Below are positions 1 to 9,267 of a stretch of 24,241 bases of DNA, in pieces; the first letter of the stretch is position 1, and every line of letters starts with the position of its first letter. The notes beneath the pieces were generated by a model that searched no databases, was not told the origin of the DNA, and saw nothing but the letters and a program-made list of their open reading frames with translations. The position numbers were made by a program, and so were the translations under genes. The stretch is from a candidate division WWE3 bacterium CG_4_9_14_3_um_filter_43_9. GTDB lineage: Bacteria > Patescibacteriota > CPR3 > GCA-002780085. The stretch spans positions 1 to 24,241 of the forward strand of contig PFXB01000127.1 of the NCBI GenBank assembly GCA_002791435.1, read 5' to 3'.

Positions 1-909
1 GCTATCGCTCAGGTTCTAGAAAGAAAATTGATCTTCGGATTTACCCTTTTCTATATTCCTTATGGCCCGCTTTGCAACTGGAAAAATAGAACTCTGACTT
101 TGGAGATACTCAAATCTCTGACCGACTACCTCAGACCCAAATCCAAGGCTCTCTTTTTGAAAATCGAACCCCCGGCTGAAAATTCAGCCACTGCGGCGGA
201 AATCTTCTCCCGGCTTGGATTTACTAAAGTTAAAAAATCCATTCAGCCGCAACAGACTGCGATTATCAATCTGGCTCCAAAATCTGAGACCATTTTTGAC
301 AATTTTGAAAAAGATACGCGCTACTCAATCCGCCGTGCGCAGCGGGAAGAAGTCAGCGTTAAACATTTTACCAATCCTTTAAACCTGCAACCGGTGAAAG
401 AATTCTATAATCTCTACGAGACAACCGCCAAACGTGGCAAATTCCCGCCCCGCCCTTTCTCTCAGTTTGAAAAAATCTGGCGGACGATGGCGCCCCAAAA
501 CAAAGTTATGATCTCGCAAGCCTGGTTTAAAGAAATTATCTTAGCTGCAGCTTTGATTCTCAAATCAGGCAAGAAAGCCTTTCTGCTCTATGCCGGTTCG
601 GTGCGGGATGAGGCTTTCAAAAATAAATTCCCGACTTATCTTCTTCAATGGGAGATTATACGAGAACTAAAAAAACAAGGTTTTCAAAGCTATGATCTAT
701 GGGGAGTCGCCCCGGACTCCAATCCCAAACACCCTTGGGCCGGGCATACCCTTTTTAAGCGCGGGTTTCGTGGACGCGAGACAGAATACTTAGGCAGTTT
801 TGACCTACCTTTGTCTCCCTGGTATAAAATCTATACCTTTTTAAGCAACAGCCGCTATTTTCTGGCCGGCTTAAAAAATTCTAAGATCAAATCTGATGCC
901 AAAAAGTGA
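1..909 (+). CDS. FemABX-family peptidoglycan bridge peptidyltransferase (5'-truncated by window edge)
   Basis: Frame is open from base 1 (AIAQVLERKLIFG..). Motifs YIPYGP, FLKIEP, IQPQQTAIINL, TRYSIRRA, YDLWG, FKRGF are typical of FemX/FemAB GNAT-fold enzymes. Confidence 0.88.
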   Translation, partial: AIAQVLERKLIFGFTLFYIPYGPLCNWKNRTLTLEILKSLTDYLRPKSKALFLKIEPPAENSATAAEIFSRLGFTKVKKSIQPQQTAIINLAPKSETIFDNFEKDTRYSIRRAQREEVSVKHFTNPLNLQPVKEFYNLYETTAKRGKFPPRPFSQFEKIWRTMAPQNKVMISQAWFKEIILAAALILKSGKKAFLLYAGSVRDEAFKNKFPTYLLQWEIIRELKKQGFQSYDLWGVAPDSNPKHPWAGHTLFKRGFRGRETEYLGSFDLPLSPWYKIYTFLSNSRYFLAGLKNSKIKSDAKK

Positions 910-948
910 ACCCTGCTATAGTGAAACCGGCTGCCATCGATCTCTAAT

Positions 949-1860
949 ATGATTTCTAATCAGTTTGTCTATCCCTTCTGTCATTATATGCAATCGAAGG
1001 CCTACGCCGGTTTTATGCAGAAACTGGGCTGGGAAGTTGAAATAATTTCAACCCGCGCTGATCTGGTTTATCTTTATTCTAAAAAAGTTCCCCTTCTTGG
1101 CTCTGTTGCCAAAATCCCGCGCTCGACCGTTTCCTTACCCATGGATCTGGTTGATCAGGCTGCCAAAGAGAAAAAGGCGCTTTTTGTGAAAATAGAGCCT
1201 TCTGCCACGCTTGACAAAATGGACGCTTTACCCGAAGGATTCAGGAAAGACTCGCCCATTTTGCATACCAAAACCATACTTGTCGATCTGGCTCCGATTC
1301 CGGAAAAGATTGAAAAAAGTTTCAAGGGTGACGTGCGAACCTGTATTCGTAAAGCTTTGAAAGAAAATCTGGTCGTGCAAGAAAGTAACGATCTCGGCCA
1401 GTTCTATGCTCTTTTTGAAAAAACCGCCAAAGAGCGGGGATTCTATCATCCTTACAAAAAGCAAATGAAAAACCTTCGGGATGCCTTTTTCTCACAAGTA
1501 AAACTTTTTTTGGCTTTTCAGAAGCCTCTCGAAAAACATCCTGACCCGCTGGCAGGCTGTTTTGTAATCACACACAATCAGGTTGCCTACTATAAATATG
1601 CCGCCTCAACGCCCGCAGGCAGGAAAAAGGGCGCCAGCTATCTTTGCCTTTGGAAAGCTATGGTAGCCTGCAAGAAAACCGGCTGTCACACTTTTGATCT
1701 GGAGGGAATCGCAGACGAACGTTACCCCCAGACCCGAAAATACCGCAACTTTACCCACTTTAAGCAATCCTGGGGCGGGAAAGAAATTACCTACTTGGGC
1801 TCGTTTGCTAAACCGTACTCGACTTTTTACAAACTTCTCAGTAAAATAGAATTGATTTAA
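949..1860 (+). CDS. FemABX-family peptidoglycan bridge peptidyltransferase, second paralog
   Basis: FVKIEP, TILVDL, VRTCIRKA, AYYKYAAS, FDLEGI, FKQSWGG motifs; parallels the upstream paralog. Confidence 0.85.
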   Translation: MISNQFVYPFCHYMQSKAYAGFMQKLGWEVEIISTRADLVYLYSKKVPLLGSVAKIPRSTVSLPMDLVDQAAKEKKALFVKIEPSATLDKMDALPEGFRKDSPILHTKTILVDLAPIPEKIEKSFKGDVRTCIRKALKENLVVQESNDLGQFYALFEKTAKERGFYHPYKKQMKNLRDAFFSQVKLFLAFQKPLEKHPDPLAGCFVITHNQVAYYKYAASTPAGRKKGASYLCLWKAMVACKKTGCHTFDLEGIADERYPQTRKYRNFTHFKQSWGGKEITYLGSFAKPYSTFYKLLSKIELI

Positions 1861-1868
1861 AAAAGCCT

Positions 1869-1936
1869 GTCATTCTGGCTCGTCCAGAATCCGATTCTGG
1901 AATCACCCTCCGAATCGGAGGGATACCCAGAATGAC
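1869..1936. repeat. GTCATTCTGG...CCAGAATGAC palindromic REP-like element (copy 1)
   Basis: 10-bp terminal inverted repeat with internal hairpins; similar copy at 13927-13993. Confidence 0.85.
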
Positions 1937-2084
1937 GATAATTCTTTAGCCAGTTGCCAGAAGCCGGTAGCTTTCTAAGTCGAACTTTTGCATTTTGACT
2001 TTTGACTTTTTTATTGGTGCTTCTCCGTTTCGTCCGCCTCCGTCAGATGGACGGATCAACGGACTCCAGTCGAAGAATAATCCT

Positions 2085-2163
2085 ATTGTTCGATCCGCCA
2101 GCCGGCGGAGAGAACTACTTTCGGTTTTATTGTTCGATCCGCCGAGTCGGCGGAGAGAACTAC
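2085..2163. repeat. Two tandem GTAG-tagged REP-like hairpins (TGTTCGATCCGCC..GGCGGAGAGAACTAC)
   Basis: Near-identical units at 2085-2118 and 2129-2163; 2131-2163 is the exact reverse complement of 6384-6416. Confidence 0.85.
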
Positions 2164-2204
2164 CTTAATTTTGACTTTTAACTTTTTACTTTTGACTTTT
2201 CTTT

Positions 2205-3386
2205 ATGAAACTAATCCATTTTGCAGACCTTCACCTTGGCATGGAAAATTACGGGAAAACCGACCCCGAAAGCGGTTTATCGACCCGGTTGTTGGACTTT
2301 TTGCGTTCCTTTGATTTCATGGTGGATTATGCTTTGGAAGGGAAGGTTGACGCCGTTCTTTTTGCCGGCGACGCTTACAAAAATCGCGAGCCGACCCAAA
2401 CCCATCAGCGCGAATTTGCCAAGCGGATTTTAAAACTTTCCAAAAACCAAATCCCGGTCGTACTCCTAGTCGGCAACCACGACACGCCCAATGTCGCGAG
2501 CAAAGCCAACACTTTGGACATTTACTCCACTTTGGAGATGGACAACGTTTTTGTCATCCGCACTCTACAGCTTATTGAAATTCCACTGCACAATGCCGAA
2601 TTTGCCAAACTGCAAGTCATCGGTCTCCCCTGGCTTTCCAGAAAAGAATTTGAAAACTTGGCCCAAACTTTACCCATTCTCTATAAAAATATAAAACCGG
2701 AATATCCGACCGTAACCGTTGTCCATGGGACGGTTGAGGGAGCGGTCTATGGCAGTGAACGAGCGTTAACTTTAGGCAAAGACCCCATTCTGCCTCTTCC
2801 GCTTTTAACCCATCCTGCCGTTTCCTATGTGGCCTTGGGTCATATCCACAAAAGGCAAATTTTGTCACAAGATCCGCCGACTCTCTATTCCGGTTCTCTG
2901 GAAAGGGTTGATTTTGGTGAAGAAAAAGAAGAAAAGAGTTTTGAGCTGGTCGAAATCAATGACCAAAAAAAGGCGAAGCACCAACCGATTTTAACGCCGG
3001 CGCGCCGTTTTCTAACCCTCAATTTCGATCTTTTAGGTGAATCTTTTGATCCCACCGAAAAAATTCTAAAAGTAGCTCAAAAATCGGACTTAACAGAAAC
3101 CATTGTAAAGGTTGTCTTGAATATCTCAACCGAAAATTTAGAAAGATTGAGAGTGGCGGAAATTAAAAAAGCCATTGAGGAGAAAGCCCATCTTTTGGCG
3201 GGAATTACCAAGAACGTTGAACGCTCGGTGCGGCAAAGACTGGAGGGCGTTTCTGCAGAAACCTTGTCGCCCTTGCAGGCTTTGCAAATCTACTTTGAGG
3301 CTAAAGAGTATCCCAAAGAAAAGATTAAGGTCTTGGAAAAATACGGCCGGGAGCTGATGGAGGAATTTAAAGAAATCGCTGGCTAG
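2205..3386 (+). CDS. sbcD: Exonuclease SbcCD subunit D (Mre11-like metallophosphoesterase)
   Basis: HFADLHLG, FAGD, GNHD and LGHIH phosphoesterase motifs; lies upstream of an SMC-like ATPase. Confidence 0.95.
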   Translation: MKLIHFADLHLGMENYGKTDPESGLSTRLLDFLRSFDFMVDYALEGKVDAVLFAGDAYKNREPTQTHQREFAKRILKLSKNQIPVVLLVGNHDTPNVASKANTLDIYSTLEMDNVFVIRTLQLIEIPLHNAEFAKLQVIGLPWLSRKEFENLAQTLPILYKNIKPEYPTVTVVHGTVEGAVYGSERALTLGKDPILPLPLLTHPAVSYVALGHIHKRQILSQDPPTLYSGSLERVDFGEEKEEKSFELVEINDQKKAKHQPILTPARRFLTLNFDLLGESFDPTEKILKVAQKSDLTETIVKVVLNISTENLERLRVAEIKKAIEEKAHLLAGITKNVERSVRQRLEGVSAETLSPLQALQIYFEAKEYPKEKIKVLEKYGRELMEEFKEIAG

Positions 3387-3405
3387 GGTTTGACGTTTTT
3401 GAAGG

Positions 3406-3571
3406 GTGTCATTCCTGACCCCTTTTGTGTCATTCCTGACCCCTTTTGTGTCATTCCCGACCTGATCGGGAATCCCGTTGGATTGTCCTTTTTGCCCACG
3501 GGATTCTCACGTCGTCCCCGCCCCCGCCTGCCGGCGAGGCAGGGATTCGGCGGGGACTCCTCAGGATGACA
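3406..3571. repeat. Composite palindromic element with 21-bp tandem duplication
   Basis: GTGTCATTCCTGACCCCTTTT x2 (3406-3447), then hairpin GTCATTCCCGA-CCTGA-TCGGGAAT, ending GGATGACA at 3571. Contains a 32-bp module (3523-3554) matching the reverse complement of 6472-6503 at 30/32. Confidence 0.85.
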
Positions 3572-3728
3572 CTGGCGGCAGGCAGAGTAGGTTTTCCTGT
3601 CTGCAGCAGACAGGAATTTCAAATTTTAAATTCCTAATTTGTTCACTCTTTGAGTGAAGAAATGTTTAATGTTTAAAAATTAGAAATTGATTAAAAATTG
3701 AAAATTAGAAATTGGAAATTAAAAAAGT

Positions 3729-5939
3729 ATGATTCCAGAAAAACTGAGTCTTAAAAATTTCACTTCCTACGGCGACGACAACCCGCCTCTTGATCTTTCC
3801 AGAATGCATCTTGTCTGTCTTTCTGGCCCCAATGGCGCCGGAAAATCTTCGCTTTTAGACGCTTTTACCTACGCTGTCTGGGGCGAGGCTCGCGGAAAAT
3901 CGCCGGACGATTTGGTGAGGCTTGGACAAAACCTCATGGAGGTCGAATTTGAGTTCAGACTGGACAAGGCCTGCTACAGAATTCAACGCGCACGTAATTT
4001 GAAAAGGGGGTTAAGCGAGCTTTCCCTTTTTAGCAAAACTGCCAAAGGCAAACAGTGGTCCAATCTGACCGAAGGCACCATTAAAGAAACGCAGACCAGG
4101 CTGGATCAGATCTTAAAAACTTCCTATGAGACTTTTGTCAATTCGGCTTTCCTGCGCCAAGGCAGGGCTGACGAATTTACCCTCAAAGGACCGACTGAGC
4201 GTAAGAAAATCTTAAGCGAAATTTTAGGCTTGCAGATTTACGATGAGCTGGAAGAAAAGGCCAAAGAAAACGCCAAAGCAAGGGGGCAGGAAATTTTGCG
4301 GCTGGAGACTCAGTTGGGCGAAATCGAAAATGAATTGGGACAGGCCGAAATCAGACAGATGCAGTTGAAGCAAGCCGAGGAAAAAGTTTTAGGCCTGGAA
4401 CAAAAATTGGCGGAGACTGAACAACAAATCAAGCTTTTGACCGAAACCAAAGAGGTTCTTTTGATCGAAAAGGCTAGTCGGGAACAGCTGGAAAAATCAA
4501 TCAATCGCCAAAAAAGAGAATTGAGCGAGCGGCTGATCCAAAAAAAGAAAAAGGAAGAACAGATCCTCAGGCTCAAATCCACTCTAACCCGTAAAGATGA
4601 GATTGAAAAGAAATACGCCTTAAAAATGAGCCTGCAAAAAACAAACGACGAGCTGAACGAAAAACAGTCGGTTTTGATAAAACTCATCGCTCAGAAATCC
4701 GGGCTGGAAAGCCAACTGCAATCTAAACAAGCGCAAAACGAGCAGGAAATCGCCAAACTTCTCGTTCAATGTCAAAACCTGAAACAAGAAGGTTTGAACC
4801 TAAATGAGCAGATCGCCAAAACCAAGGACAGTCAAAAACGCTGTCCTTTGTGCGGTAATCCCCTCGGTTTAGAACAGCAACAAGATGTTTTGAAAAAACT
4901 GAATCTGGAGCACGACCAAAAACTTAACCTCTATCAAAAACACCGGATGCAGATTCAAAAGTTGCAGGCCACTAAATTTGAAAACGAGCCTCTGCTCAAA
5001 ATCCAAGAGATGATTAAAAAGAATGATTACGACGAGGAAAAACATCGGTTGGTGAAATCCCGGCTTCTGCAGTTGAAGGGAGTGGAGGAAGAAAAAACCA
5101 CCCTGGAGACAGTTGGCGCCACTCTAAAATCAGAGGCAGAAAACCTTAAAGCGCAGGAGGAATCGATGGGTGAGGTCCAAAAAACTCTGGCCGAAGAACA
5201 ACAAGCTTTCGCCCAAACACGCGATGTCGCTTTGGAGATTGCCGAAAATCAGAAATTGTTAGCAGAAAAAACGCTCGCTCAAAAATCTCTCCTGGCTGAA
5301 GAAAGGGGTGCACGCGCCATTTTAGGCGAAGCGAAGGGACTGGTTTCCCGCAGCGAACAGCTTTCCGGACTACGCTTGCAGAAAATGGCGGAGCGGGATT
5401 TCTTTTCACAAGAGAAAAACAATTATGAAGAGTTAAGCCTGGCTTTCGGGAAAAAGGGAATCCAGGCCATGCTTATTGAAACTGCCATTCCGGAAATCGA
5501 AGAAGAAACCAACCACCTTTTGGACAGGCTGACCGATGGCCGCTTGAGAGTGACCTTACAAACCCAAAAAGACACCAAAAAAGGCGACACTGTTGAAACT
5601 TTGGAGATTGTGATCGCAGACGAGCTCGGTTCGCGCGCTTATGAAATGTATTCCGGTGGTGAAGCTTTTCGAGTTAACTTTGCCTTGCGGCTGGCGCTTT
5701 CCAAACTCTTAACTCAGAGGGCCGGAACCAAACTTCAATTTCTGGTGATTGATGAAGGTTTCGGCACCCAAGACACCCAGGGCCGGGAACGCCTGGTGGA
5801 AGTTATCAATGAGATTAAGGATGACTTTGAAAAAATTCTAGTGGTTACCCATCTTGACGAATTGAAAGAGCTGTTTCCGGTGCGGATTGAGGTTGAAAAG
5901 AAAACTGACGGGTCGCATTATAATTTAGTGGGGATCTGA
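3729..5939 (+). CDS. sbcC: Exonuclease SbcCD subunit C (Rad50/SMC-like ATPase)
   Basis: Walker A GPNGAGKS, long coiled coil with central CPLC zinc hook, signature YSGGE, Walker B/D-loop LVIDEGFGTQD, H-loop VTH. Confidence 0.95.
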   Translation: MIPEKLSLKNFTSYGDDNPPLDLSRMHLVCLSGPNGAGKSSLLDAFTYAVWGEARGKSPDDLVRLGQNLMEVEFEFRLDKACYRIQRARNLKRGLSELSLFSKTAKGKQWSNLTEGTIKETQTRLDQILKTSYETFVNSAFLRQGRADEFTLKGPTERKKILSEILGLQIYDELEEKAKENAKARGQEILRLETQLGEIENELGQAEIRQMQLKQAEEKVLGLEQKLAETEQQIKLLTETKEVLLIEKASREQLEKSINRQKRELSERLIQKKKKEEQILRLKSTLTRKDEIEKKYALKMSLQKTNDELNEKQSVLIKLIAQKSGLESQLQSKQAQNEQEIAKLLVQCQNLKQEGLNLNEQIAKTKDSQKRCPLCGNPLGLEQQQDVLKKLNLEHDQKLNLYQKHRMQIQKLQATKFENEPLLKIQEMIKKNDYDEEKHRLVKSRLLQLKGVEEEKTTLETVGATLKSEAENLKAQEESMGEVQKTLAEEQQAFAQTRDVALEIAENQKLLAEKTLAQKSLLAEERGARAILGEAKGLVSRSEQLSGLRLQKMAERDFFSQEKNNYEELSLAFGKKGIQAMLIETAIPEIEEETNHLLDRLTDGRLRVTLQTQKDTKKGDTVETLEIVIADELGSRAYEMYSGGEAFRVNFALRLALSKLLTQRAGTKLQFLVIDEGFGTQDTQGRERLVEVINEIKDDFEKILVVTHLDELKELFPVRIEVEKKTDGSHYNLVGI

Positions 5940-5970
5940 TGAAGAAACTGATTTCAAAGGAAAACTTTCT

Positions 5971-6387
5971 ATGCAACGCTTTTTAATCCCTTTCCTGTTG
6001 CTAACCTTGGCTGCCGGAGCCGTGCTCTTCTATCTTTGCGAAACCCATTCACCCTTTACGGACGGAAGTGAAATCAGTCTAAAAATCTTGCTCTTTTTTT
6101 TCTTAGCTTTCTGGACAGAGCTGTGGTGCGTTGTCACTCTGCTTTTCTATCTTTTACGCTTGGCTTTCGGCAAAATCGACTCTCCCCGCCTCATCTTTCG
6201 GCAATCTTTACGCCATGGGGCGTGGGTGGCTTTTTTTGTCGTTTTTTTGCTCATCTTTCAACTTTTAAAGGTTTTACAACCTTTGAATATTCTTCTTCTG
6301 GCGGCTTTCCTTTTTTTCTTAGAACTTTACTTTAACCGTAAGAATTCCCCGCCTGTCCACAAAACAATTCAAAGCCCAAAGAGGTAG
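5971..6387 (+). CDS. Hypothetical integral membrane protein (about 4 TM helices)
   Basis: 138-aa hydrophobic ORF co-oriented between sbcC and metG. Confidence 0.7.
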   Translation: MQRFLIPFLLLTLAAGAVLFYLCETHSPFTDGSEISLKILLFFFLAFWTELWCVVTLLFYLLRLAFGKIDSPRLIFRQSLRHGAWVAFFVVFLLIFQLLKVLQPLNILLLAAFLFFLELYFNRKNSPPVHKTIQSPKR

Positions 6388-6607
6388 TTCTCTCCGCCGA
6401 CTCGGCGGATCGAACAGTAACGGAGGGTAGTGTCATCCCGTCCGCCACCGGTGTCATCCTGAACTTGCCTGCCCGCCGAATCTCTGCCTCGCCGACAGGC
6501 GGGGTGAGGGATTCAGAATCCCGTGGGAGTGAGGGAAGGAAATTTCGTAGCGGCGAACTTGAGTTCGCCATGATCTGGGAACGTGGAAACCTAAAGGTTT
6601 CCGCTAC
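6384..6607. repeat. Cluster of REP-like modules including a REP doublet (REPIN-like, 6547-6607)
   Basis: GTAG hairpin 6384-6416; TGTCATCC heads at ~6431 and ~6452; 32-bp module 6472-6503; inverted pair GTAGCGGCGAAC-TTGA-GTTCGCC ... GGAAACC-TAAA-GGTTTCCGCTAC. 6516-6607 recurs inverted and diverged at 15333-15425. Confidence 0.85.
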
Positions 6608-6716
6608 CAGCCAGAATAAATAGTCGAGTTTCCAAGACGGGTAAAATCCAGAGAAAGGCTTTGCAGTAACCCAAAAATAGATTCGACCTCCCGCTTTCTA
6701 CTGCCTAAAACAGTCT

Positions 6717-6752
6717 TTGCTTAAAATTTGCCAGTTATGTTAAAATACGAGT
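6717..6752 (+). promoter_or_regulatory. Putative sigma70 promoter for metG, probably giving a leaderless mRNA
   Basis: TTGCTT (6717-6722), TG-n extended -10 TAAAAT (6741-6746), 6 nt before ATG 6753, no SD. Confidence 0.55.
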
Positions 6753-8195
6753 ATGGCTCAAGGAAAGTTTTTCATCACGGCTGCAATCCCCTATGTTAAT
6801 GCCGCCCCTCATTTGGGACATGCTTTGGAAATTATTCAGGCAGATGTTACCGCGCGCTATGCAAAATTGATAGGTCATGAGGTTTGTTTTTTAACCGGAG
6901 CGGATGAAAACTCTCTCAAAAATGTCCAATCGGCTGATAAAGAAGGAATAACTCCCCAGCAACTTTGTGACCAAAATTCAGCCAAATTCCGCCAACTCTA
7001 TCGCGATTTAAATATCTCTTTAAATATCTTCCAGCGCGGAACAGACCAAAAAAAACACTGGCCGGGTGTTTACAAACTTTGGCAGGCCCTGGAGGAAAGC
7101 GGAGATATTTATAAAGGCAAATACGCCGGTTATTATTGTGTCGGCTGTGAAGCTTTCTATCAGGCAGGCGAGCTTAAGAATGGAAAGCTTTGTCCCGAGC
7201 ACGCAACTCCCCTGGAGTGGATTGAGGAAGAAAACTATTTTTTCCGCCTTTCCCGCTATCAGGAAGCTTTGCAACACCTTATCCAGAGCGACGAATATAA
7301 GATTATTCCCTCTTTCCGCAAAAACGAAATTTTGACTTTTTTAAATGAGGGATTACAGGACTTTTCTATTTCCCGCTCGAAGAAGCGGGCACGAAGCTGG
7401 GGCATTCCGGTGCCCGGCGACCCTGACCAAATTATTTACGTTTGGATTGACGCTTTGGATATTTATATGACCGGCATCGGTTTCGGCTGGGACGAGGCCA
7501 ATTTCGCCAAATGGTGGCCGGCTGATTTACACGTCATCGGCAAGGGAATCATCCGTTTTCATGCACTCTTCTGGCCGGCGCTTTTAATGTCGGCCAAACT
7601 CCCTTTGCCCAGAAACTTATTCGTTCATGGGTATATTACCCATGGCGATCAGAAAATGAGCAAATCGCTGGGCAATGTCGTTGATCCCTTTCCTCTGATT
7701 CACAAATATGGGATTGATCCTTTACGCTATTTTTTACTCTCTCAGATTCCGGCCTATCAAGACGGAGACTTTACCGAAGAAAAAATGAGAAGCGCTTATC
7801 AGGCCGATCTGGCCAATGGGCTGGGCAATCTCGTTTCGCGGGTGGCAACCTTATGCGAAAAATCGAATTTGGATCTTTTAAAAACCGATATTAGTCTCTC
7901 TGAAACCTGCCCGCGTTATCATGCCACTTTGAAAAGCTTTAATTTTAACCTCTCTTTAGGCCTTTTGTGGGAACAGATCCGGGAAATTGACCGCTTCATC
8001 GATCAAAAGAAACCTTGGGAGTTGCTGCAGAAAGGATCGCCCGAGATAGGCAAAGTCTTGCAGGCAGCCGTCGATGAAATCCGCAAAATCGGACTGTTGC
8101 TGGCCCCTTTTCTACCCCAAACCGCTCTCAAAATCCAGGACCAATTCAAAAATCCCAAAATTAAAGTACAACCATCTCTTTTCCCTCGTTTGTAA
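6753..8195 (+). CDS. metG: Methionine--tRNA ligase, short form without C-terminal tRNA-binding appendix
   Basis: PYVNAAPHLGH (HIGH), TGADEN, CVGC..CPEH knuckle, SWGIPVP, YVWIDAL, KMSKSLGN. Confidence 0.97.
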   Translation: MAQGKFFITAAIPYVNAAPHLGHALEIIQADVTARYAKLIGHEVCFLTGADENSLKNVQSADKEGITPQQLCDQNSAKFRQLYRDLNISLNIFQRGTDQKKHWPGVYKLWQALEESGDIYKGKYAGYYCVGCEAFYQAGELKNGKLCPEHATPLEWIEEENYFFRLSRYQEALQHLIQSDEYKIIPSFRKNEILTFLNEGLQDFSISRSKKRARSWGIPVPGDPDQIIYVWIDALDIYMTGIGFGWDEANFAKWWPADLHVIGKGIIRFHALFWPALLMSAKLPLPRNLFVHGYITHGDQKMSKSLGNVVDPFPLIHKYGIDPLRYFLLSQIPAYQDGDFTEEKMRSAYQADLANGLGNLVSRVATLCEKSNLDLLKTDISLSETCPRYHATLKSFNFNLSLGLLWEQIREIDRFIDQKKPWELLQKGSPEIGKVLQAAVDEIRKIGLLLAPFLPQTALKIQDQFKNPKIKVQPSLFPRL

Positions 8196-8209
8196 ACTTT
8201 GGAGCGAAG

Positions 8210-8986
8210 ATGTCTTTTTTAATCGACACCCATGCACATTTGAATTTTCCGGAGTTTGAGACCGATCGCAATGAAGTCATAGCCAGAGCTTTCGCTGGCG
8301 GAATAAAAGTCATCATCAACCCGTCTTCCTCTGTGGCAACGAGCAGAACTGCGGTAAAGCTGGCCCAAGCCTACCCTCAGATTTTTGCGGCTGTAGGAGT
8401 ACACCCTTACGAGATTGATACTTTCTCTGCCTCTGCCTTGGAAGAATTGATCCTCAAGCCTAAAGTTGTCGCCTTAGGCGAGTGCGGATTGGATTTTTTC
8501 CGCAGAAAGAACCGCGAAATACTTGAAAAACAAAGGGTGGCTTTTGAAAAACAGTTGCGGCTGGCAGAAAAATACAATTTGCCTGTGATTGTCCATTCCA
8601 GAAATGCATTTGACTTGACCTTGGCGATTCTCAAAGAATACGATGTCAGGGCGGTTTTCCATTGCTGGTCATATGGATTGAAAGAAGCGTTGACGGCAAT
8701 CAAGAGCGGTTATTCCATTTCTTTCACCGCTATAGTGACTTATCCCAACGCCGATCCGATCCGGCAAACAGCCGCCGCCATTCCGCCGGACAAGTTCTGG
8801 TTGGAAACTGATTCGCCTTTATTGCCGCCTCAAAGCCAACGGGGTCAAAGAAATGAACCGCAAAATCTTTGGGAAATTGCCCGCCAGGTGGCGGATTTAA
8901 GGCAAGTTGACCTGAACATTCTGGTTGAGAAAACTAGTGTTAATGCCATCCGTTTTTTTAAGCTTAAAGATCTGAAAAAATGGTAA
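8210..8986 (+). CDS. tatD: TatD-family metal-dependent DNase
   Basis: DTHAHL, GVHP, GECGLD, VHSR, HCW, ETDSP motifs; conserved metG-tatD adjacency. Confidence 0.95.
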   Translation: MSFLIDTHAHLNFPEFETDRNEVIARAFAGGIKVIINPSSSVATSRTAVKLAQAYPQIFAAVGVHPYEIDTFSASALEELILKPKVVALGECGLDFFRRKNREILEKQRVAFEKQLRLAEKYNLPVIVHSRNAFDLTLAILKEYDVRAVFHCWSYGLKEALTAIKSGYSISFTAIVTYPNADPIRQTAAAIPPDKFWLETDSPLLPPQSQRGQRNEPQNLWEIARQVADLRQVDLNILVEKTSVNAIRFFKLKDLKKW

Positions 8987-9035
8987 AATAGACATGCAAC
9001 TTTGTTAAAACAATTTGTCGTCCCATACAGGACAA

Positions 9036-9216
9036 TGTCATCCTGAGCGAAGTCGAAGGATCCCGTAGGAAGCAAGTATGGAAAGCTTAGCTTTCGAAAA
9101 GCAAACTTAAAGTTCAAAGTGTAAATCTCAAAACCTAGTTTAAAGTTAAAAACTTTTTGGCTTTAATCTTGCGTCAAAAATGGAAACCTGGATTCCCTTG
9201 TCAGTTGGGAATGACA
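9036..9216. repeat. Composite TGTCAT...ATGACA element enclosing an AT-rich ~7-mer tract
   Basis: Head TGTCATCCTGAGCGAAGTCGAAGGATCCC (9036-9064), tail GGATTCCC...GGGAATGACA (9190-9216), AAAGTT-type tract between them. Confidence 0.75.
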
Positions 9217-9267
9217 GGCATGGCCAAAAGTGACATTCTGTTTTTAAAGGACTAACCGAAAAAAGCC

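Noticed and set aside
3383-3637. Short ORFs with SGMTQKG repeats (3383-3622 -, 3446-3637 +), and similar ORFs at 6332-6571, 8845-9117, 13853-14086
   Set aside because: They are translations of the palindromic or tandem repeats, not supported as genes.
6388-6752. T-box or SAM riboswitch upstream of metG
   Set aside because: No T-box or S-box consensus; the region is explained by repeats, and the promoter appears to abut the ATG.
8210-8986. TatD as evidence for a Tat export system
   Set aside because: TatD is a cytoplasmic nuclease and is not needed for twin-arginine transport.
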